A DNA stretch of 58,389 nucleotides from Bacteroidales bacterium (GTDB lineage: Bacteria; Bacteroidota; Bacteroidia; Bacteroidales; UBA4181): assembly GCA_031551935.1 (NCBI GenBank), contig JAVBMZ010000076.1, positions 1-58,389 of the forward strand, in the 5' to 3' direction. A model generated the notes under the pieces. The model did no database searches, was not told the DNA's origin, and saw only the letters and a list, made by a program, of their open reading frames with translations. A program made the position numbers and the translations under genes. This document shows positions 1-8,593 of the stretch, in pieces (position 1 is the stretch's first letter; the number at the start of each line of letters is the position of its first letter).

Positions 1-1439
1 ACCTTGTAATACTGTTCCCATCCTTTGCGTGGCGGTGGGCCTTCAAGCAGAGAGTTTGCAAATTTATTATTGGTGATTTTTTTCCTCCTGCGGTTGAATT
101 CAAGCTTCACATTGAGCTTTTGCGCCAACACACCTAATGAAAATACCTGGCTCAACGGGCCGGAGATCTCAAACGGCGAACGGGTCTTTTCCTCCCCCTT
201 ACAGGCCAACAGGAAGTTTTTGTAATGATTCGACGGGCTTGGGGGCACTTCGGGAAGTTTCAACGCCATTTCCTGTGCTTTTTCCTCGGGGATGATAGAC
301 AGCGTGCTACCGTGCGATCCGCCTTTGAAAGTCAGCGTTTTGCTGTAGATGATCTTCCCAGGGTTCAGCTTGGCTTCGATAGCGCCGGTGCTTGGCGGCG
401 GGATATTGGGATCGAGCCCCGCTACACCGAATCCATCGGGGATAGGAGGCAAGTTGTTTACACCATCATACCAGGTAATATCGCAGGCCGGCATTTTACT
501 CCTTTTCGGGAAGCGGAACAGCAGCGTGGATGCCATCGGGAAGAAGAACGGGTTGTGTCCTTCAAGCTTGACGGGGTTTACTTCGTAGGGCAGGCCAAGG
601 TCGAGGAACTGGTGAGCGGTGTCGATCAGGTGCGCACCCCAATCGCCCAGCGCGCCCATACCGAAATCGTACCAGCAACGCCATTGTCCGTTTATGTAAT
701 CGTGGTTATAGTCATGGTATTGCGCCATAGTCAGCCACTTATCCCAATCGAGTGTCGAAGGGATCGGTTCGGCTGCCGGGAAACTCTTGATGTTCGGATC
801 CCAACCATGCCAGCGGCGCGATGAGTTCATGTGCGCCGTAATAGCGGTCACATCTTTAATGATACCGGCATCGACCCATGCCTTGAACTGGAAATAATTG
901 GCTTCAGAATGTCCCTGGTTACCCATCTGTGTAGCCACTTTCCGATATTTCTTAGCAGCCTTGATCAGGAGCTCGTTTTCGTAGAACGTGCGTCCTAATG
1001 GTTTTTCGGAATAAATGTGTTTACCGAGTTTCATGGCGGTGATGGCAATGGGAAAATGCGAGAAGTCGGGCACTCCAGCTGTAACAGCGTCAATCTGGTT
1101 GCCCATCTTGTCGAACATCTCGCGGAAATCATGGAATCGTTTGGCATCGGGAAACATTTCCATGATTTTGGTGGTGTGCGGGGCGCCCATATCCACATCG
1201 CACAGGGCTACGATGTTGCACAAACCAGTATTGTAAAAATCGAGGATAATTTCGCCACCACGGTTACCAATACCACAACAGGCAAGGTTGACACGCTCAT
1301 TGGCGCCGGCAAGCTTAAAAGCTGTCGGTTTTGTCGATCCCTGCACCGAGGTGAGGATCGTGGGCACGGCGCCTGCCGCTGCCGAGAATACTGCGGCCTT
1401 CTTCAGGAATGACCGGCGTGATACTTCGTTTGGGTTCAT
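1..1439 (-). CDS. Gfo/Idh/MocA-family NAD(P)-dependent oxidoreductase with twin-arginine (Tat) signal; 3' end runs off the window
   Basis: Absent from the supplied ORF track because it is open at the window edge. The reverse complement from the ATG at 1439..1437 reads MNPNEVSRRSFLKKAAVFSAAAGAVP (SRRSFLK Tat motif), then VNLACCGIGNRGG (Rossmann-type), then HIYSEKPLG (EKP motif). The frame stays open to position 1 (...GWEQYYKV). The + ORFs 225..824 and 1017..1412 are antisense shadows of it. Confidence 0.8.
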   Translation of the reverse strand, partial: MNPNEVSRRSFLKKAAVFSAAAGAVPTILTSVQGSTKPTAFKLAGANERVNLACCGIGNRGGEIILDFYNTGLCNIVALCDVDMGAPHTTKIMEMFPDAKRFHDFREMFDKMGNQIDAVTAGVPDFSHFPIAITAMKLGKHIYSEKPLGRTFYENELLIKAAKKYRKVATQMGNQGHSEANYFQFKAWVDAGIIKDVTAITAHMNSSRRWHGWDPNIKSFPAAEPIPSTLDWDKWLTMAQYHDYNHDYINGQWRCWYDFGMGALGDWGAHLIDTAHQFLDLGLPYEVNPVKLEGHNPFFFPMASTLLFRFPKRSKMPACDITWYDGVNNLPPIPDGFGVAGLDPNIPPPSTGAIEAKLNPGKIIYSKTLTFKGGSHGSTLSIIPEEKAQEMALKLPEVPPSPSNHYKNFLLACKGEEKTRSPFEISGPLSQVFSLGVLAQKLNVKLEFNRRRKKITNNKFANSLLEGPPPRKGWEQYYK

Positions 1440-1700
1440 TTATTTAATGTTTTTGGTGATGTAAACAATGTGCAAAATTACAGTTTGTAACCCTGCAGTG
1501 TGCATGGGCAATAAACTGAAACTCATCTTTAGCACTTTTAGTTATTTGACTAACCGAGCAGATGTTGTACAAAATTAGGATAAAAATATTTCCTTTTCAG
1601 GGACAGGGAAAATTTTTATGGAATTTTAACAAAAAATAATACCAATGATGAATTGGGATTGTTTTAAGTCAGAAATTGTTCCGCGTATACGGAAAATAAA

Positions 1701-1732
1701 AAAGAGGATGACTTTTGATCACCCTCTTTTTT
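1701..1732 (-). terminator. Intrinsic-terminator-like hairpin with A-run 5' and T-run 3' (bidirectional appearance)
   Basis: aaagaggatga (1701-1711) pairs with tcaccctcttt (1719-1729) with one A/C mismatch and a 7-nt loop. It is flanked by aaaataaaa and ttttttattt. It lies downstream of the minus-strand ORFs ending at 2306/1951 and upstream of the oxidoreductase start. Confidence 0.5.
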
Positions 1733-1950
1733 ATTTATCGGAAATAATATATGGTATTTTATGAAGTTCTCTTTTAAAATAGAATGAGTCGGCTGTGCGC
1801 CAACTCAATCTAACAAACCAAACAATTATCAATTAAACTAACCTTAAAAGCTTGGGAAAACACTCAAAATCTTCATGAGTGTATAATGAGTTAACGGTCT
1901 TCGTTATAAAATTTAGTCGTACAAGCTACCTTGTAGCCACGACTCAATTT

Positions 1951-2055
1951 TTACAACGTGGTCCTGTACTTACGTACAAAGAAAGAATTTCTGATGAGAC
2001 CGAAATTCTTATTACCTTTCGTTGAAAAACTGTTGGTATTCACCTTTGTTTTCAT
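1951..2055 (-). CDS. Candidate 34-aa highly basic small protein (speculative)
   Basis: ATG at 2055, TAA at 1953..1951. The peptide is MKTKVNTNSFSTKGNKNFGLIRNSFFVRKYRTTL. It is followed by an interrupted hairpin (agtcgt..acaag gtag cttgt acgact, about 1917-1947) and then the 1701-1732 terminator. I recognise no homology. Confidence 0.15.
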   Translation of the reverse strand: MKTKVNTNSFSTKGNKNFGLIRNSFFVRKYRTTL

Positions 2056-2305
2056 GGTAATAAAATTTAATAAATAAAAGAACTACCATGCATAGTACAA
2101 ATTTCATGCCAAAACCAACAGGTGGACAAAAATTAAGCAAATACCATTCGTGTCAGCAATCGAAAATGGTAAAACAGTATCAATACGACATGCTTATATT
2201 ATTGAATATTGACAATTGAATATTTTCGCGCAACTCATTATAAGAGCATTAAGACTACTCAATGTGTCAATAATTATTGGAAATGATATCATGCCTTTAT
2301 CATCC

Positions 2306-2731
2306 TTACCGGCGTCCATGCCAATGCGCTCCATTTCCTCCAAAGTGCTGTCCGGTTCGCTGGAAATTTTGAAAACGTGAAGATTGGAGTTGTCCCCGTT
2401 CACGAGATTGTTCCGAACGATTGAGGTTTTGCATCGTATTTGTTTGCGAAAGGTTCGGCTGGTGCGTTGCGCCTACATTACTATTTATCTGGCTCCAATT
2501 GCCATTTTTGCTGTATTCACTCCAACCTCCGTCCGAGTTTTTACGATAAACATTACCATCCTGACCGGCATACACCCCATTGTTGGTATGTACCACCGTA
2601 CCATTGGCTCCATGCCTTACCACACCTTCCTGTCCACCCGAAGTCTGGTACCCAAATGCGGTGCCATAGGCGGTGGTAACATGTCCTGAACGCGCCCATT
2701 GACTACCATTGCTTACGGTAGAATGCCCCAT
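2306..2731 (-). CDS. G/N/S/Q-rich ORF. Either a separate 142-aa protein overlapping the upstream stop by 19 nt, or the frameshifted 3' continuation of 2713..4530
   Basis: The ATG at 2731 gives MGHSTVSNGSQWARSGHVTTAYGTAFGYQTSGG...RFQNFQRTGQHFGGNGAHWHGRR. Its composition continues the G/Y/W/P-rich tail of the upstream ORF. The junction lies at a G4 run (C4 at 2726-2729 on the + strand). Confidence 0.45.
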   Translation of the reverse strand: MGHSTVSNGSQWARSGHVTTAYGTAFGYQTSGGQEGVVRHGANGTVVHTNNGVYAGQDGNVYRKNSDGGWSEYSKNGNWSQINSNVGATHQPNLSQTNTMQNLNRSEQSRERGQLQSSRFQNFQRTGQHFGGNGAHWHGRR

Positions 2732-4530
2732 TGTGCATAAGGGTTGTGTCCTTGTGAGGTGTGTCCGTAAGCGCCTGTCCACGGGTTATATGTATTGGCG
2801 GCGGTACGTCCACCATACCAGCCTTGTACGCTGGCCGAACGTCCATAGCGACCTGTAGCTGGATTATACCATGCGGCGGTACCGGCAGCACCATAAGGAC
2901 CATATGCCCGGCGTCCAGCGGCAAAACCTCCTGTCCAAGGATTATACACAGCTCCAACACCATAAGTGCATGGCCAAGGATGGTAAACAGGATACAAGGC
3001 TCCCGGCCCCCAATAAACATAAGGCGGATAGTACCAACCTGTCCCGTAAACGACTGCCGTGCCAATCATGACTCCTACTGTAGCCCCAATGATAAATGCG
3101 CCTAAATACCCGCTGGTAGAGCTGCATTCGACAGTGGTAGAAGTTGGATCTGTTTGGGTGACGTAGGTGACATTATATACGGGTGAACTCGGCGGAATCG
3201 TATAAATTTCCTTTGGTATGGAATCAGCTGTTTTCCAAGGCCCGTTAGGCGAAGTGGACATAAACCATACAGCCTGAAAGCAGAGGTAATAAAGATCTCC
3301 TATTTTAATCACTTTATCTTGGGTATTGGTGGCGTATTCCATGGTGGTTCCCTGTATGGGGGAAAACTTTGGATCGCCGTCATAAGTGACCTTTGCTTTT
3401 GCTTCGGCTTCAGCACGATTAACTACTACGGTAGTGGGTATTTGCGCCAGCATGACAGCATCTGAGGCCTGTACAGTTCCCGGAACTGAAGCAAGTACAG
3501 ATCCTTTGGGTGAATCTTCAGGGATTTTGGCAAAATCGGCCGGAAGGTCATTCCCCGCGTATGTCCAAGGGCCATTGAACGACTTGGAGCGGAACCAGCG
3601 TCCTGAAAGTAATACATAGATCTGATCTTGCGCTTCATCCACAAATACATCGTCATCCGAATTGCTGATGTACAACAGTTCCGTACCCGATATTTTGGTG
3701 TATACGGGCGTCCCTTCCGTCAAAATCAGCTCGGCAGGGACATTGCTGTAAAAAGCTGCTGGCACATCGGTTGCGGCGTGGGGTGGTATTTGTTGCTTGA
3801 CATCGTCAAAATTTTGCCCTGCCGGCAAAGCTGACATGTCTTTGGGTAGGGTTTGTGTTTGTTTCCACGGTCCTTGCAGGTTAGCAGCAGTAAGCCAAAC
3901 ATCATTCACCAGCAGGAAATAGTTTTTGGTAGATTTTTCAAAGAACAAATCCCAGTTGGTATTCACCATAAACTGAATATCTGTCTTATCGATAGGCGAC
4001 AACACAGGATCACCGTCCACGATCAGTAAGATCGCCGGGGTTGTACTGTAAAAAATTTTGGGCGGGTCATTCTTGGTTTGCACGGTTTGTGCCTGCACCT
4101 TCCCCTTGTTATTCAGATCGGCCATGATACGGTCGACCGAAAATGTTTCGGAGTTTTTAGGTATCAAGTCTAAGAACAACTTCTTCATCGCATCGGCTGA
4201 TTTCGAGTCTAATGAAGGAAAACGGACATCGGTATAATCGATTTTGTGGAGATAAGTCGTCCGCGCACCCTTGTCGGTTTTTGTGTCACTCGTAAATGAA
4301 TCTACACCAAGCACTTCCTGCTTCCCTATTGGTGTAAGACTAAAAGCAACCCTTCCGGTCATTTTCTTGTAATTATCCCATTTATCCACCTGGGGTTGGT
4401 AATATACCAACGTGCCCTTATCGTCTGATACCTTGCGCGGCCAGCCGACATCCTGCGTGATATTCGTTTGTGTCCAAGCATTTGCCGACATACAACATAT
4501 CAACCATATAGAAAAGAATATTTTTTTCAT
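2713..4530 (-). CDS. Secreted hypothetical protein, 605 aa, with a Gly/Tyr/Trp/Pro-rich C-terminal low-complexity tail
   Basis: Signal peptide MKKIFFSIWLICCMSANAWTQ. Long clean ORF. The C-terminal ~130 aa carry repeated YNPWTG/YGxxG motifs (AAWYNPATGRYG, NTYNPWTGAYG). I recognise no named family. Confidence 0.8.
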   Translation of the reverse strand: MKKIFFSIWLICCMSANAWTQTNITQDVGWPRKVSDDKGTLVYYQPQVDKWDNYKKMTGRVAFSLTPIGKQEVLGVDSFTSDTKTDKGARTTYLHKIDYTDVRFPSLDSKSADAMKKLFLDLIPKNSETFSVDRIMADLNNKGKVQAQTVQTKNDPPKIFYSTTPAILLIVDGDPVLSPIDKTDIQFMVNTNWDLFFEKSTKNYFLLVNDVWLTAANLQGPWKQTQTLPKDMSALPAGQNFDDVKQQIPPHAATDVPAAFYSNVPAELILTEGTPVYTKISGTELLYISNSDDDVFVDEAQDQIYVLLSGRWFRSKSFNGPWTYAGNDLPADFAKIPEDSPKGSVLASVPGTVQASDAVMLAQIPTTVVVNRAEAEAKAKVTYDGDPKFSPIQGTTMEYATNTQDKVIKIGDLYYLCFQAVWFMSTSPNGPWKTADSIPKEIYTIPPSSPVYNVTYVTQTDPTSTTVECSSTSGYLGAFIIGATVGVMIGTAVVYGTGWYYPPYVYWGPGALYPVYHPWPCTYGVGAVYNPWTGGFAAGRRAYGPYGAAGTAAWYNPATGRYGRSASVQGWYGGRTAANTYNPWTGAYGHTSQGHNPYAQWGILP

Positions 4531-5090
4531 ATGTATTATTTCTTAAAACAAAGATGTTCATATCATTCAGTTCATCTTCATTAACAATGAAATGTAGATA
4601 TGGTTCGTCGTATATTGAATTTTGATGTACGCAAATGGTGCGTGTATCATGTAGGTTAGCAATATGATAGAATTGAAAATTGATGATTCATCCATATCTG
4701 TCAACATTCAATATAAGTTACCCAGCAAAGAGATTAGTTTATCTTATTTTAGGAATTAAAATGTCTCGACTTCGCGCGACATGACTGACGATCATTCTAA
4801 GAGAAGGGGTGGTTGGGGCACGCACGTGGAGACATTTGGAAATAATTGCTTACCTTATAGGTAAAACATCCAATATTTATAAAACATTATGTATATCTGT
4901 TTGGTTATTTTTAAACATATGCTCAAACAAATAATCGACGTTACCACTATGATTGCTACATATTGATTTTCTGAATTTTGCATCCGCCTGACCAGATAGG
5001 TAGGCAAATCATCCTGCCCGCAGCAGGCGGACAATATCCGATTATCCATAGTTAATGATTGAACATATGTCTCATGTCCATTTTTCTTTG

Positions 5091-5098
5091 TAATTTTG
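5091..5098 (+). promoter_or_regulatory. Candidate Bacteroidota -7 promoter box (TAATTTTG) for tpiA
   Basis: Matches the TAnnTTTG consensus of Bacteroidetes sigma-A promoters, 34-41 nt upstream of the tpiA ATG. No well-spaced TTTG -33 element is seen. Confidence 0.3.
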
Positions 5099-5131
5099 AC
5101 CTTTCATTATCTAAAATATTAAAATCATATC

Positions 5132-5887
5132 ATGAGGAAGAATATAGTAGCAGGCAACTGGAAAATGAATAAATCACTTGCCGAAGGAGTTCAATTAGCA
5201 AAGGATGTCAATATAGCAGTGGAAGCTGCGGGTACCCTGAAATGCGATGTAGTGATTGCACCATCTTTTTTGCACTTAATAGAAGTGAGCAAAGTGGTAG
5301 GAAAAAAAGTCAGCGTATCGGCGCAGAATTGCGCGGCAGAAGCTTCAGGAGCATACACAGGTGAGGTATCAGCCGCCATGTTGCAAAGTGCCGGTATTCC
5401 TTATGCCATTATCGGACACTCTGAACGCCGTAGCTATTATGGTGAAACAGATACTATCCTGGCAAAAAAAGTGCAACAAGCATTGGCCAATGGCCTAAAA
5501 CCTATTTTTTGCATTGGCGAAGAATTATCGCAGCGCGATAGCGGCAAACATTTCGAAGTGGTATTCCAACAACTGCAGAATGGATTGTTCGGTCTATCGG
5601 CCGACGAATTCAAAAACATCGTGATTGCCTATGAGCCTGTTTGGGCTATTGGCACAGGACGCACAGCCACTTCAGAGCAAGCACAGGAAGTACATGCTTA
5701 CATCCGCGAAACCATTACCGCAAAATATGGCGAAGAAATTGCAAATGATACTACGATCCTATATGGAGGTAGTTGCAATGAAAACAACGCAAAGGAATTG
5801 TTTGCTTGTCCTGATATTGATGGCGGATTGATTGGCGGCGCTTCATTGGTAGCCGACAAATTCATCAAAATTGTTACTTCTTTTTAA
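5132..5887 (+). CDS. tpiA: Triosephosphate isomerase
   Basis: 251 aa. Motifs: N-terminal [32 protein letters not shown]. Confidence 0.97.
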   Translation: MRKNIVAGNWKMNKSLAEGVQLAKDVNIAVEAAGTLKCDVVIAPSFLHLIEVSKVVGKKVSVSAQNCAAEASGAYTGEVSAAMLQSAGIPYAIIGHSERRSYYGETDTILAKKVQQALANGLKPIFCIGEELSQRDSGKHFEVVFQQLQNGLFGLSADEFKNIVIAYEPVWAIGTGRTATSEQAQEVHAYIRETITAKYGEEIANDTTILYGGSCNENNAKELFACPDIDGGLIGGASLVADKFIKIVTSF

Positions 5888-5899
5888 TGAATAGCGTTC

Positions 5900-5943
5900 A
5901 TAACATCATAACGTTTGCAATGTTTCAAGCGTTATGATGTTAT
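5900..5943 (+). terminator. Perfect 14-bp inverted repeat between tpiA and nadB (terminator/attenuator-like, no clear U-tract)
   Basis: ataacatcataacg (5900-5913) and cgttatgatgttat (5930-5943) with a 16-nt loop, starting 13 nt after the tpiA stop. Confidence 0.4.
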
Positions 5944-5979
5944 CAATGTTCCAATGTTATAAGCGTTTTTAACGGATAT

Positions 5980-7584
5980 ATGAAACGGGAAGTCGATTTT
6001 TTAGTGATCGGTTCGGGATTGGCCGGATTGAGTTTTGCCTTGAAAGTAGCGCCATACGGCAAGGTTTGCCTGGTAAGCAAAACATCGCTGGACGAGACCA
6101 ATACCCGGTATGCACAAGGCGGCATCGCCGCAGTAACCGATCAAAGCGACTCATATGAAAAACATATCAATGATACCTTGATTGCCGGCGACGGCCTTTG
6201 CGACGAAAAAGTGGTGCGCATGGTAGTACGCGAAGCTCCGGAACAAATCAAACAATTGATTAATTGGGGAACGCAATTCGACCGGACAGGTGACGGCGCT
6301 TTCGATCTTGCCAAAGAAGGCGGGCATAGCGAACACCGGATACTACACCATAAGGACAATACTGGATTCGAGATACAACGGGCTTTATCGGATATGGCCC
6401 GTTGTCATCCGAACATCGAGATTCTGGAGAATCATTTTGCAGTGGATGTTATCACGCAACACCATCTCGGAAAATTAGTGAAACGTTACCATCCGGATAT
6501 CGAATGTTACGGAACATATTTGTTGGACATCAAAACCAACCAGACATTTGCCGTACAAGCACGGATAACGATGATGGCAACGGGTGGTACCGGTAATTTG
6601 TATACCACCACTACCAACCCTCCCATAGCGACAGGTGATGGCATTGCCATGGTATATCGCGCCAAAGGTATCATCGACAATATGGAATTCATCCAATTCC
6701 ACCCTACTTCTTTATACTACCCGGGCGAAAAACCTTCATTCCTGATCTCCGAAGCGATGCGTGGTTTTGGGGCGGTGTTGCGTACCATCGATGGTGTAGA
6801 GTTCATGCAAAAATATGATCAACGCGGTTCTCTGGCCCCGCGTGATATTGTGGCGCGTGCCATTGACAATGAGATGAAAGTCCGCGGTGATGATTTCGTC
6901 TATCTGGATGCAACTGCCACATCGCATGAAGCCTTAAAAGACCATTTTCCCAATATTTATGAGAAATGTTTGAGTATTGGCATCGATATTACGAAAGACT
7001 ACATTCCTGTGATTCCAGCTGCTCATTATCAATGTGGCGGAATCAAAGTGGACATGTGTGGCCGCAGCAGTATCAACCGGTTGTATGCGGCCGGCGAAAC
7101 CGCTTGTACCGGGTTACATGGTGCAAACCGATTGGCGTCTAATTCGCTACTCGAAGCAGTGGTATATGCAAATAATGCAGCCCAGGACGCCGTTGCGCAC
7201 TTCAAAAAATACCATATTCCCGATAATATTCCCGATTGGAATACCGAAGGAACAGCACATCCCGAAGAAATGATATTGATCACACAAAATTACAAAGAAG
7301 TGCAGCAAATTATGAGCAACTATGTAGGGATTGTACGTTCTAACCTGCGTTTGAAAAGGGCTATGGACAGGTTGCAAATTATCTATGACGAAACAGAAGA
7401 TCTATATGCCAAATCAACACTTTCACTAAAATTGTGTGAATTGCGCAATACCATCAATGCCGGATATTTAGTCATTAAAAGTGCACAAGCACGCCACGAA
7501 AGCATCGGGTTGCACTATACCATCGACTATCCGCATTCCCGCTACCCATATCAAGATATGGAACTGGCGACAAATGTCCTATAG
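5980..7584 (+). CDS. nadB: L-aspartate oxidase (NAD biosynthesis)
   Basis: 534 aa. FAD dinucleotide fold DFLVIGSGLAGLS, plus TRYAQGGIAA, HPTSL and RLYAAGETACTGLHGANRLASNSLLE, typical of the fumarate-reductase/succinate-dehydrogenase flavoprotein family and NadB length. Confidence 0.95.
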   Translation: MKREVDFLVIGSGLAGLSFALKVAPYGKVCLVSKTSLDETNTRYAQGGIAAVTDQSDSYEKHINDTLIAGDGLCDEKVVRMVVREAPEQIKQLINWGTQFDRTGDGAFDLAKEGGHSEHRILHHKDNTGFEIQRALSDMARCHPNIEILENHFAVDVITQHHLGKLVKRYHPDIECYGTYLLDIKTNQTFAVQARITMMATGGTGNLYTTTTNPPIATGDGIAMVYRAKGIIDNMEFIQFHPTSLYYPGEKPSFLISEAMRGFGAVLRTIDGVEFMQKYDQRGSLAPRDIVARAIDNEMKVRGDDFVYLDATATSHEALKDHFPNIYEKCLSIGIDITKDYIPVIPAAHYQCGGIKVDMCGRSSINRLYAAGETACTGLHGANRLASNSLLEAVVYANNAAQDAVAHFKKYHIPDNIPDWNTEGTAHPEEMILITQNYKEVQQIMSNYVGIVRSNLRLKRAMDRLQIIYDETEDLYAKSTLSLKLCELRNTINAGYLVIKSAQARHESIGLHYTIDYPHSRYPYQDMELATNVL

Positions 7585-7609
7585 ATTATACCGGCCTGTA
7601 GCAATACAA

Positions 7610-8593
7610 TCAATACCTAATCAACCATCCATACCGGCGGGCTGTGTCCCCGATACGGTATATCAAACATAATTCCTGCGATCCTTTACTAAAAGTACGG
7701 ATGGTATCGAAATTATATTCGTAGGTATACCCAATAAACAGTTGTTTCGCCCGGACACCAATAGATAATGCGGCTACTTTAGGACTCCTGTAGGATATAG
7801 CCACCCAAATATCATCTTTGTAAGAAAACCTGGACGCTATTTCGCCCTGATATGTTCTGTTAGATGTGGCTTTCACCAAAACTGAAGGTGCGACATAGGC
7901 ATCCTCGCCAATGTTAAAACTCGTTCCCCCCAACAGAAAATAATGGCGATACATCACATAATCATAGTCGAACTCGCCAAAATTAATGGAACGCTGGAAT
8001 AAATTAGTAACCGTGAGACCCAGGTAATATTCTTCCTTTTTATAAAATACACCCAGCGCGGCGTCGGGCACATAAGACACATTACTAAATCCGTCCCTCA
8101 ACAAGGGTTCGGGCTCATTAAAATCCAGTTTACTTGCATTAATATGCGTTTGTGACAAGGCGGCAGATAATCCGAACGACAATTCAGATCTTCTCAAATC
8201 AATATGATAAGCATAGGTATATTGTAAGCCTATGCGATTCACCAAGCCGTTACGGTCGTTATATACCAATCCGCCCATGCCGACCCTGCCACTTTGCGAT
8301 CGGACCTTTCCTTTGTTAACGGCTACTTTTTTACGCAGCAAACGTCCATTCACACTGGCCGTATAAGTCATAGGCCCTTCTTTGATTCCCATCAGGTAAT
8401 CCCGCGCCGAAAGCTCTATTTTAATGGTCCCGTCTTTACCGGCTAAAGCCGGATTTATCAGGAACCCATTCATAAAATATTGGCTATATACCGGCGTCTG
8501 CTGGGCAAATGTATCTGCCAACAGCATTACAAAACATATTAAGGCACCAATCACTCTCATCATACGTATAGCTTTATCTGATGATGGTGACAT
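7610..8593 (-). CDS. PorP/SprF-family type IX secretion system membrane protein (cognate partner of the upstream adhesin)
   Basis: 327 aa. Signal peptide (MMRVIGALICFVMLLADTFAQ) followed by QTPVYSQYFMNGFLINPALAG, the family N-terminal signature. Beta-barrel-like alternating pattern. Overlaps the adhesin 3' end by 20 nt if the start is 8593; an alternative start at 8563 lies 11 nt after the adhesin stop. Confidence 0.9.
   Translation of the reverse strand: MSPSSDKAIRMMRVIGALICFVMLLADTFAQQTPVYSQYFMNGFLINPALAGKDGTIKIELSARDYLMGIKEGPMTYTASVNGRLLRKKVAVNKGKVRSQSGRVGMGGLVYNDRNGLVNRIGLQYTYAYHIDLRRSELSFGLSAALSQTHINASKLDFNEPEPLLRDGFSNVSYVPDAALGVFYKKEEYYLGLTVTNLFQRSINFGEFDYDYVMYRHYFLLGGTSFNIGEDAYVAPSVLVKATSNRTYQGEIASRFSYKDDIWVAISYRSPKVAALSIGVRAKQLFIGYTYEYNFDTIRTFSKGSQELCLIYRIGDTARRYGWLIRY

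Noticed and set aside
225-1412. + strand ORFs 225..824, 349..588, 1015..1236 and 1017..1412 from the track
   Set aside because: They lie antisense to a continuous, motif-rich minus-strand reading frame (the Tat-signal Gfo/Idh/MocA oxidoreductase, 1..1439). Their translations are low-complexity, Arg/Gly/His-rich shadow sequences.
1985-2008. CUGAUGAG...CGAAA string (gaatttCTGATGAGaccGAAAttc) reminiscent of a hammerhead ribozyme core
   Set aside because: Stem II would be reduced to G-AC-C, with no viable helix. No stem I/III context or cleavage-site triplet can be drawn. It is a simple 7-bp hairpin and most likely chance.
2384-3127. Multiple overlapping ORFs on both strands (2384..2689, 2440..2679, 2703..3065, 2761..3105, 2871..3071, 2942..3127)
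   Set aside because: They overlap the G/Y/W/P-rich low-complexity tail of 2713..4530 and ORF 2306..2731. Biased composition suppresses stop codons in several frames, and none has a signal or motif of its own.
4855-5049. 64-aa minus-strand ORF in the tpiA upstream intergenic region
   Set aside because: Its composition is that of AT-rich intergenic DNA (I/Y/K/N-rich) and I see no recognisable motif. It overlaps the GC-rich hairpin element, so it is probably non-coding.
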